A stretch of DNA of 59,884 bases, filler included, from Barthelona sp. PAP020 (Eukaryota), in assembly GCA_040182905.1 (NCBI GenBank). It is 3 parts of 3 records of this genome, joined end to end, with 100 filler letters (N's around TTAATTAATTAA, not from the genome) between each part and the next. Parts side by side here need not be neighbours in the genome. Positions count along the whole stretch, not along the records: positions 20,015 to 39,901 come from JARQWU010000200.1; 2 more parts are not named here. One strand, 5' to 3'. A program made the translations under genes and the position numbers. The notes beneath the pieces are model-generated. The model was given only the letters and a program-made list of their open reading frames with translations, did no database searches and was not told the DNA's origin. How positions within the stretch are numbered: the stretch's first letter is position 1; each line of letters starts with the position of its first letter. This document shows, piece by piece, positions 22,202-30,447 of the stretch.

Positions 22202-25078
22202 ATGGATTATGAGGAGATCGAAGATGTGGTGAATGGGATAGATAAGTTGTGTAAACTGACCGAAGGGGATAGGTTCGAAGTGAGCGAGTTAAATGATTTA
22301 TTGAATGATCTTCTGAGCTGTTTATCGGTTGCTGTTGATTTTTCGCCTGATGTGCATCCCAAGGAGTACAACAGAATGATGGATGCTCTTTTGAAAACAT
22401 ACAGACATCCAAGCTTTTGTATGGTTGATACTTTTCTTTCGTTTGTGAGTATTTTAAACAGTAAACTTGATTTATTGCCTGAAAAGTCGCAGGATTGTTT
22501 GGTTGAGATATGTGAAGATCTGTTGAAGAAGGACGTGAACAAGTATTCATCGTTGTTGCCGTTTACGTTAATGTGGTTGTTAGCCATGTCTCTCGACCAG
22601 TATTCCAAAATAAGTGATATAAGAAGGGTTTCTGTTTTCTTTGAAAGTTTGTATCTGTTTGACTACGAAGATGAAGACACTTCACCGTTTATATCGTTGC
22701 TCAAGCGATGTGTGTACCACCCCACATACTTGAAAACGGACATTGGAAGGAAATGTTTGTCTCTGATATTTCGAACGAGCATTCATCTTCTTCCACATTT
22801 ACACAGCTGCGTAATGGCGACTATTAGGTTTTTGTCGCTATCGCATGCAAAGTTCCTGGGTGAGGTTATTCTACGGGCTTACCGAAAGTCTGATGCGTTG
22901 ATTAAGGTTCAGTTGGATAATTTGATTCAAGATGTGGCCAAGCATGCGCTTTTGTCACTGAAGCACGAGGACTCAAAACGATGCCGTCGGTTTCTGGAGC
23001 CTTTTTCGAGCATTCAAAACTCAAAAGAAATTGAATCGACGACGTTTTCCATCATCAAGCCGTTGGTTTTGTCCGGAATACAAGGAGAAAATATGATTGG
23101 CAAGATGAATGCGTACAAGCTGTTGAATCTATTTTTCCCACTCATTGATCCGTTTTCTGAACTGGCAGATCAGAAGAATTTTATCGAAGTGCAGCTAGAC
23201 TGGCTGCTTAGTGACTGTTCGTCCTCGTTTGCGGAGGTTCGGGCGTGCTGTGTGAACATAGCGGGAGACCTTTTGTGCAATCATTCGATTGTCTTTGATG
23301 GATCGTATATTTCAAAACTGCTTGCCATAGTGCAGAAGCTGATGGCTGATTCTGCGGTTTCGGTGCGAATCAGCGCGATTCAGTCCGTTGACAATGTGAT
23401 TAAGTCGCCTACTCTTAACATACTTGGTGATGTTGGTGTGTTTATTCCGCTTTTGCACGAAAGGCTGTTTGATAGTTCGATGAGCGTGCGAACCAATGTG
23501 CTGAAAGTATACGAAACGTGTCTCAATTACGAGCTGGACGATTTTGAATTGAAAGTTGAAGAACTGTTGTACCTGGCAATCAAGTCATCACACATGATTC
23601 AAATCAAGATTGCCCGTTTGTTGTTTCCAATGATTGTCGAAAAACCAGATAGTGTGGAGGAGAAGTGCAACCGCATGTACCACCTGATTGATTTGTCGCC
23701 TTTGGCGATGATGAATATTTCGAAATATTTCTTTTCGATATGTGCCTTAAACGAGGGGCTTAACTTCCTTTCCAACTTTGTGGAGTTTGCGCTTCAGGTT
23801 TTCGCCTCGCACGATGATGGTGTCCAAAATCTGCTGGCCGTTTGTAGATGCGTCACGATCATTTGCAGCAACATGGGTAAGGTTCGAAACTTGAAGGATG
23901 TATCGATACATGTTCAGCAGAATGTTATTGATCCGCTGGCTGCAGTTCTTATCGAGCTTGACAATGAGTTGAATGTTGAGTTGGAAAACGACAATGTGGA
24001 GAACTTGAAGACCATACTACTGGATATTCTTGAGTATGCATCTTCTGCCGTCAGAAACAAATACGTCAAAGACCCCTCAAACAGGGCCCAGCTCACGCCC
24101 TTCTATCAAATGAAGTTGAGCGGGCTGAAGGATGGAGGAGTCGACAAGCTTGTTAGCAGTATAATGAATGATCTAAATGACAAAGAAAACGGATCTGAAA
24201 CAGCCATAGACATGATTCAGTCGTTGAAGTTGGCGTTGGATGAGCCTCAGAGTCAGATGGTTGTTGTCAATCACTCTTCAGCTATCGATCTCTTTGAGCT
24301 CCTCTTGTCAAATGAGGATGTTGTCGAACAGGAAAGTGAATTTGTCTTTTTGCTGGGAGTCAATCTGTGTTGCAGCAAACCAGAGAATTCGAAGTATGTT
24401 TTCAATAGGCTGATGCATATGTATAGCCATGACTCTGTGATAATGTACCAGTACTTCATTGATTTGTTGTGTTGCTTCGACTTTTCGCAACTGATTTCTG
24501 TACACGAGTTGTTTGAGTTCTTGTTTTTATCCGTGACGGTCGAAGACATAAAAGCATGGCAAATTGGCCTTTTGAAAATTTTGAACGAATGCCTGAAGAT
24601 GGGTCTTTTGAGGCTCTTTGAACTTCTTGAACTCGTGAACGAAATCGAAGCACACTACTCGCTTTCAACAAATGTGTATGTGACAAACATTGCACGAACG
24701 CTTTCGAAGTCGTTTCGGGAAATTGACCAGCTAAGCTTTTTGAATTCATTACTGGAAGCAGCATATTGCAACGAGCAACATTCATTAAAAATCCAGATCC
24801 TCAACCAAGTTTTGAGATTCAATAGCAAACTGGGAATACAATTGCTTTACGACATCTTGGACACCTGCTTCAGCGAAGGAGCCTCTCGCTTGCATGAAGT
24901 TGAGCCATTCGTCGAAAACATTCTCAATCTCGCCACAATGAAGAAGAACCAACCATTCATGATGCAACAAATTGCTCAAAAGTGGGCAGAACTCCTCCAA
25001 ATTAAAAACAACAACACACCTTCACACACCCTCACAGATCTCTCTTTCGATGAACAATCGTCTCCAATGTTTCAGTAA
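22202..25078 (+). CDS. NCAPG2: Condensin II HEAT subunit CAP-G2
   Basis: LFDYEDEDTSPFISLLKRCVYHPTYLKTDIGRKCLSLIF, LGEVILRAYRK, LLNLFFPLIDP and DSAVSVR match the CAP-G2 N-terminal/HEAT pattern. First ATG at 22202. Confidence 0.85.
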   Translation: MDYEEIEDVVNGIDKLCKLTEGDRFEVSELNDLLNDLLSCLSVAVDFSPDVHPKEYNRMMDALLKTYRHPSFCMVDTFLSFVSILNSKLDLLPEKSQDCLVEICEDLLKKDVNKYSSLLPFTLMWLLAMSLDQYSKISDIRRVSVFFESLYLFDYEDEDTSPFISLLKRCVYHPTYLKTDIGRKCLSLIFRTSIHLLPHLHSCVMATIRFLSLSHAKFLGEVILRAYRKSDALIKVQLDNLIQDVAKHALLSLKHEDSKRCRRFLEPFSSIQNSKEIESTTFSIIKPLVLSGIQGENMIGKMNAYKLLNLFFPLIDPFSELADQKNFIEVQLDWLLSDCSSSFAEVRACCVNIAGDLLCNHSIVFDGSYISKLLAIVQKLMADSAVSVRISAIQSVDNVIKSPTLNILGDVGVFIPLLHERLFDSSMSVRTNVLKVYETCLNYELDDFELKVEELLYLAIKSSHMIQIKIARLLFPMIVEKPDSVEEKCNRMYHLIDLSPLAMMNISKYFFSICALNEGLNFLSNFVEFALQVFASHDDGVQNLLAVCRCVTIICSNMGKVRNLKDVSIHVQQNVIDPLAAVLIELDNELNVELENDNVENLKTILLDILEYASSAVRNKYVKDPSNRAQLTPFYQMKLSGLKDGGVDKLVSSIMNDLNDKENGSETAIDMIQSLKLALDEPQSQMVVVNHSSAIDLFELLLSNEDVVEQESEFVFLLGVNLCCSKPENSKYVFNRLMHMYSHDSVIMYQYFIDLLCCFDFSQLISVHELFEFLFLSVTVEDIKAWQIGLLKILNECLKMGLLRLFELLELVNEIEAHYSLSTNVYVTNIARTLSKSFREIDQLSFLNSLLEAAYCNEQHSLKIQILNQVLRFNSKLGIQLLYDILDTCFSEGASRLHEVEPFVENILNLATMKKNQPFMMQQIAQKWAELLQIKNNNTPSHTLTDLSFDEQSSPMFQ

Positions 25079-25314
25079 ATTAGTCTTTTTTTTTTTTGGT
25101 TGCATTAGCTGTTAAAATAAGAGTTATAAAAATCAAATGAGCATCTCTCTTTAACAATTTGTTTCACTTATCTTTTTTATGCTTTCTTTTGCTCAATAAA
25201 TATTTATAGTTGGTTCTTAGAAGTGAACCAAAATCCCCCATTTGGTTGGAATGAAGAAAGTTTGATTGAAAATAAAAAATTAAAAAATAAATAAAAATAC
25301 ATCTCTTGTTTCTT

Positions 25315-27924
25315 TTATTTTGGAAAGGGACGAATTTGTTGAGGAAGTTGATTTGCAAAAAATTCATTGTCTGAAAATATGAGATGAGAAAAGTTTGGAT
25401 GATTTTTTCCAAATTTTTCCAAAATCTTCAAACATTTTTGAATTGAGAAAGGATCAAAATATTGAAAATTCCACACAAAAACATTGATTTGCAAGATTTT
25501 TGCCTTAAAAATACATAATTTCATCCAAAGTTTATAAGTTTTATAGTCATGCAAAAAGTTTGGAACATTTTGAATGTTGATTTTATTTTTCAAACTAAAC
25601 ATATGCAAAACAACATCATAAATATAAGTTTCATGAATATTGAGGAATTTTTGAATGTTTTCAATATCAGAAATATCAAACTTTTGTAAAATTGACGAAT
25701 CACAAAAGAGAATTGATTTGCTTGAAACGTTCAACAAATTCTTTGGATATATATTCCAAAAAAACAAAGTTTCCTTATTATTAAACACATTGGTAATTTC
25801 ACTGTTTTCCAATAATACAGCACAATTGAATGGACAGGTTAGCAAATAATTCCGATTTGCATAATCAAATGAAAAATATTGATGATCTTCATGATACAAA
25901 CATTCATATTTGTTTACAACATGTTTTACTGAAGATTTCTTCAATAAGTCTTTAATTTCGTGAACATCAAGAAAATTATTGGAATATACATCTTTATTGT
26001 CAAAATAAAATTCTTGTTCTTCCTTTGTTTGTTCAATAATTTCTTTATCTTCATATTTTTCGTTTTCTTCCTTGTTGGCAGTAATTGAAAATCCAAAAAA
26101 ATCTAACAATAGGAAAAAAAGTATTAAATAAACACTTTCATCCTTGTGAAGTTCAGTTTGATCACAATAAATCAACAAAAAAGTAAAAATTACACAGCGA
26201 AAACCATTTTTCAGTTCAAGAAACTTCTTCAAAATCATCAGACTTTTTTCCAATACTTTCTTCTCGGGAATTAATAAATATTTGCTGATAAACAGTTTAA
26301 AACTGTATATTTGATACACTAAACTCAAAAATTCTTTACGAAAATAAATTAATAAAAAGATTAAAAAGATTGAATATACAACATTACATTCAATCACAAA
26401 GGGGAAAATGGGGAATACAAACATAAAAATAGTGTTAACATAAAAAGTCTCTTCGAAAACAAAAAGCAAAAAAAATAATATCATTAACAATAATATTTGA
26501 TACCAAACACCAACAGAAATGATGAACAATCCAAAAACTAAAATAATATTCAACGCAAAAAGTTCAAAAAAGTTTGATAATTTTGAATTCTCTGAATTTT
26601 TCAAAACAGAAACTTTTCCAAAGTTTTCAAAAGTTTTCATATATTTTTCCTTTGTTTTGAAACTTTCATCAAAATATTTATCTTGATAAAAATTTCCTTT
26701 GAGATTAATTTTTTGAAGTTCAAAATTTCCTCTCTTTTGAAGTACTTTGTGTCTTTTGCAATTGAATAAACATTTATAACTTGCCATCTGAACATCTAAA
26801 ACATCACTTAAAGGGTAACTCAAAAAACATACAAAAGATATCTTACACTTTTCAAAATATTTTAACAGTTTGAAAGGTGGGATAATATTGAGGGAGAAAA
26901 TAACTAAATCTTCTTTCTTTTTAGTTGTAAATATCTTCCATAATAACTTAGATATAATAACACCATAACTACTTGATCCAAAAATCACATGCCAACCAAG
27001 AGAATTACAAAAAGATAAAAATCCAGCAGAAAGGAACTTTTCTGAATTCACAAAATTATTCATCCCTTTATAAATAAAAAAGCTGTCATTTTCAAAATTA
27101 ATTGAGGTCACGTCTGGAATTCTATTGACTTCCAGGGTTGCTAATGATTTTTTCAAGGAAAAAAACGTTTCTTTGATTGAATCATTCGACAATATTGTCG
27201 TTAAATCATGTTTTTTACAAGAATACGAACAAAATTTCAATAAAATAAGATCTTCATTTTTAAAACTAAGTATATCCTCAAATCTATTTGTTTGTAGGCG
27301 TACATAGTTCAAAAGATCAAAATGTTTTTTCAATTTCACAAAAGTTTGTAACAAAAAGAAACTTTGAAAAAGTTTTAAAATTTTCAAATGTTTATCACAA
27401 TTAAATGGATGTAAGAAATATATTTGGTCCATCAGAGTGATTTGTGTGAAAACAAAAATATAACTGTAAAAAATATGATATTTGGAATGTAAGAAAGAAA
27501 AAACTAAAACAACGGTAAGAAACCCAATGAAAAAGACAAGAGAAGATATGTAAGAGGAAAAAAATATTAGATTAACAAATAATTCTGTAAAAAGAAAAGG
27601 AAGATGAACACTTTCAATGACATAAAGATAATTCATGTCTTTAAACGGAATAAAAATATCCTTCTCCATAAATTTTTTAAGTATATTGTAATTTATCGAA
27701 TTAATGCAAGAAAAATTTAAAAAAGTAAAAATTGTAAAAAAAAACAATATAATATAACGATATTTAAACATCAAACTATGAAACAACTGTGAATATGGAA
27801 AATATCCTCTAAAAATAAAATTATTAGGCAAAAATATACAAATTAAAAATATGTGAAAAAAAAAATTATACAATAAAATGAATGTTCTCTTGTTATATTC
27901 GTTTAATTTGATTAAATATTTCAT
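25315..27924 (-). CDS. Multi-pass membrane protein, possibly a highly degenerate ABCA-like transporter
   Basis: 869 aa with two hydrophobic TM clusters, each followed by a soluble domain. VIFGSSSYG resembles a decayed Walker A; FDPFSIQKCLKIL...SHLIFSDNEFFANQL resembles the ABCA D-loop/H-loop region. Confidence 0.5.
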   Translation of the reverse strand: MKYLIKLNEYNKRTFILLYNFFFHIFLICIFLPNNFIFRGYFPYSQLFHSLMFKYRYIILFFFTIFTFLNFSCINSINYNILKKFMEKDIFIPFKDMNYLYVIESVHLPFLFTELFVNLIFFSSYISSLVFFIGFLTVVLVFSFLHSKYHIFYSYIFVFTQITLMDQIYFLHPFNCDKHLKILKLFQSFFLLQTFVKLKKHFDLLNYVRLQTNRFEDILSFKNEDLILLKFCSYSCKKHDLTTILSNDSIKETFFSLKKSLATLEVNRIPDVTSINFENDSFFIYKGMNNFVNSEKFLSAGFLSFCNSLGWHVIFGSSSYGVIISKLLWKIFTTKKKEDLVIFSLNIIPPFKLLKYFEKCKISFVCFLSYPLSDVLDVQMASYKCLFNCKRHKVLQKRGNFELQKINLKGNFYQDKYFDESFKTKEKYMKTFENFGKVSVLKNSENSKLSNFFELFALNIILVFGLFIISVGVWYQILLLMILFFLLFVFEETFYVNTIFMFVFPIFPFVIECNVVYSIFLIFLLIYFRKEFLSLVYQIYSFKLFISKYLLIPEKKVLEKSLMILKKFLELKNGFRCVIFTFLLIYCDQTELHKDESVYLILFFLLLDFFGFSITANKEENEKYEDKEIIEQTKEEQEFYFDNKDVYSNNFLDVHEIKDLLKKSSVKHVVNKYECLYHEDHQYFSFDYANRNYLLTCPFNCAVLLENSEITNVFNNKETLFFWNIYPKNLLNVSSKSILFCDSSILQKFDISDIENIQKFLNIHETYIYDVVLHMFSLKNKINIQNVPNFLHDYKTYKLWMKLCIFKAKILQINVFVWNFQYFDPFSIQKCLKILEKFGKNHPNFSHLIFSDNEFFANQLPQQIRPFPK

Positions 27925-28108
27925 AACTCATAATCTCATTAAATTCATAAAAATTGTTGCAAAAAAGAATTATAGACAACAAGATTTTTGACAGAAACAA
28001 TTCTTATTTTGTTCTGTTTTTTTAATTTATTTTTATTATTAAATAATTCAATCGTTTTATACAATAATTATCCGATAATTTTGTAATTCAAGAAAAAAAA
28101 AAGCTAGA

Positions 28109-29380
28109 ATGACAAGTCATCAATTATTTTTAAGACAACTATTTATTGGGAAGTGTGAAACTTCGGATTTAAATACAAATGAAATCATTCAAATTGGAAT
28201 TAATCGAGTTTTTGATGATTTACATTTTTCAAATCGTGAAGAAATTTGGATAAATCAATTAAATCAATTATTGAATGATTTTGAAAGCAACAACCCTGAT
28301 TTCTTCCATAATAGGTTTATATCATTAGAAGAAGAAATTATAGTATTTCCTTTTGTCTTTTCAAGTAAATTTTTATTAAACTTGAAAGAATTACACAACA
28401 ACTTGTACAAATTACTGCGACAACCTCTAAAAAAAAAAAAAAAATTTGTTAATTTGAATTCAAGCAATATAAGGAAAACTGTACCAAGAGTTTTGGCAAG
28501 TCTTCCATTCAAGAAAAGTAATTCAACACAAAATAAAAATAATTACAATTTGTTGGGTGAGATACTTTCGAAAAGGAAGATGGATTCTTCCACTGAAATT
28601 GAAGCTAACCCTGTAAAAGCTGAGAAAACACAAACTGGCTTGATTTTAAGAAAGGAAAAAAGAGCAATGAAGAAAAGAGAAAGGAAAAAAAAAATCACTG
28701 ATTTTAACAACGTTGTTAAATTGCCCAACAGCAAGTGTAAATTACCTGTTGCGATTTCTGCCCTTTTGAGGGGAATGTCTGAGAAAGTTGCAAATAAAAA
28801 GAATACAATGTATGTAATTGGGATGAGAAAATGTCGTATCAAACTGTCTGCTTCACGTTTGAACAAAGTAAAGCATAACTTGATTCCACAATACTTATTT
28901 GCCGCATATGGTGCTACGGGGGAAATGGGTGAAAAAATATCCGAATTAGTTGGAATTGCCAAAGAGTTATCCATTCCTGTTTGGAGATATCACATAGACC
29001 TGAGTCCTAAATTGTTTCGTGCATTGAAGGTTAAAGGTCAAAAAATGATCTGTATGTTGGTTCTTTCCACAAATGGTGTTGAAGCACAAAAAGAGGTTGT
29101 TGATCATTTTTTGCGAACACTACATGCTCAAGGCTATGATGATATCGATTTTGAAAATTTCATGATTTTGGATCAAATGGAAGAAGATGATGATGATGAT
29201 AATTATAGTGATGATCATGATGAAAAAGAAGAAAAAGAAGAGAATAATGATGAGGCAGATCAAAAAAATAATGAATCAATAGATGATGAGTCAAAGGAAA
29301 ATGCTGAAATTTTTTGGGACAAACACATTTTTGATATTGAAAATTTGGATGATGATACAAGTTGGGCTATCGACATTTGA
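28109..29380 (+). CDS. L7Ae-domain RNA-binding protein, SECIS-binding protein 2 (SBP2)-like
   Basis: K-rich segment (GLILRKEKRAMKKRERKKK), then an L7Ae-like domain YVIGMRKC...ISELVGIAKELSIPV...KLFRALKV...CMLVLSTNGVE (cf. SBP2 LVLGLREV...IIDYACEQNIPF...ALGRSLNK...VGIFSYDGAQ), then an acidic tail. Confidence 0.55.
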   Translation: MTSHQLFLRQLFIGKCETSDLNTNEIIQIGINRVFDDLHFSNREEIWINQLNQLLNDFESNNPDFFHNRFISLEEEIIVFPFVFSSKFLLNLKELHNNLYKLLRQPLKKKKKFVNLNSSNIRKTVPRVLASLPFKKSNSTQNKNNYNLLGEILSKRKMDSSTEIEANPVKAEKTQTGLILRKEKRAMKKRERKKKITDFNNVVKLPNSKCKLPVAISALLRGMSEKVANKKNTMYVIGMRKCRIKLSASRLNKVKHNLIPQYLFAAYGATGEMGEKISELVGIAKELSIPVWRYHIDLSPKLFRALKVKGQKMICMLVLSTNGVEAQKEVVDHFLRTLHAQGYDDIDFENFMILDQMEEDDDDDNYSDDHDEKEEKEENNDEADQKNNESIDDESKENAEIFWDKHIFDIENLDDDTSWAIDI

Positions 29381-29384
29381 CTTG

Positions 29385-30360
29385 ATATTTTTATCAAATT
29401 ATTTGACTTGTTCTCAACCCTAAAACAGTGCATCAGCAAACTACACTTCACTCGCTTGCCTCCCCATAGCACCTTGCTCTTGCATTAACATTATTTATAC
29501 TTGTTGTTTGTTCATGTGATGTAGTGTTGGTATTTTAAACGCATAAATGAACGAACTTTTTTTTAAAAAAAATTGGTTTTCACAATTTGAAAATCTATGA
29601 TAAAAAAAAAAAAAAAAATTAAAAAAAATTAAAAAAAAAATGAGGATAGTTCTTAGGCCATTGAATAACTAGAAGACGACAATGATCGCCACGTCCTACT
29701 ATTTTTATCAAATCGAAATTCTTTCAAATATCCCTTTGTTTTCAAGTCAGGAAGCACTAAGTGTACAGGTGAATAAAAAAGAATCATAAGATATTTATGA
29801 GGTCAGAGTTGTTCAGTGAACAACGAAACGAGTTAGCTTAAGGTTTAGGAAAAACTGACGTGGATTCAGATGCCCAAGTAACTTAAAAAATTGGACATAA
29901 AGATGGTCAAGAAACAACAAATAAAGGAAGTGATATTTGATGACCTCTTTATATCTCCAATAAATTCCGTTCATTGAGCATGAACTTCCACAATAATGTT
30001 TATTTTGGTCAAGTTGTGAAATAACTATATTTATTTACAAAGAAAGTAAACTCAGAAAACTTATTCTGGCAAATTTCAGTCAAAATTCCAAAGTTTTTCA
30101 ACAGATCAATCGGTTCTCGAAAGCCTTTAACCAAATACACACCATTCTTTATTCACTCACACTCAGTGCTTCTTGGCTTGGAAATAATCACATCATACAT
30201 ATAGCTTAGAGCTTGGCTCTCTTATGACAGCATAGGAAAAGATACGCCTCAAAAATGAGAGGTTCTTTTGAGTAAATTTGGACCACCTTGAAAGAAGCAT
30301 AAAGGTTACGGTATATTGTTTGTTATTCAACTGAGATCTCCATCCTTTAATTTGATAAAA
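29385..30360 (+). ncRNA. Large structured RNA, candidate telomerase RNA (~970 nt)
   Basis: Nested long-range helices: 29389-29401/30348-30360; 29642-29684/30314-30347; 29719-29727/30288-30296; 29736-29784/30144-30187; 29789-29805/29941-29956. Template-like AACCCTAAAAC at 29416-29426, pseudoknot at 29432-29556, and P6.1-like AGAGCTTGGCTCT at 30208-30220. Confidence 0.65.
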
Positions 30361-30447
30361 TTCTGAAAAGTTCTCTGTACAAAAAAAAAAAATAAACAAA
30401 CAATTTTTTGGTTAAATTTACGCTAATCCGAAAATTTGGAAATGTTT

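Noticed and set aside
29800..29830. Hairpin followed by GAAAC resembling hammerhead ribozyme stem II
   Set aside because: The required CUGANGA core upstream is absent (GGTCAGA).
29736..30187. Inverted repeat interpreted as MITE/transposon TIRs
   Set aside because: No target-site duplication seen; mismatches are mainly G-U compatible, and the helix nests within further helices, which fits RNA structure better.
30365..30382. TACAGAGAA on the minus strand (U6 ACAGAGA box)
   Set aside because: Not followed by GAUUAGC or the U6 internal stem-loop.
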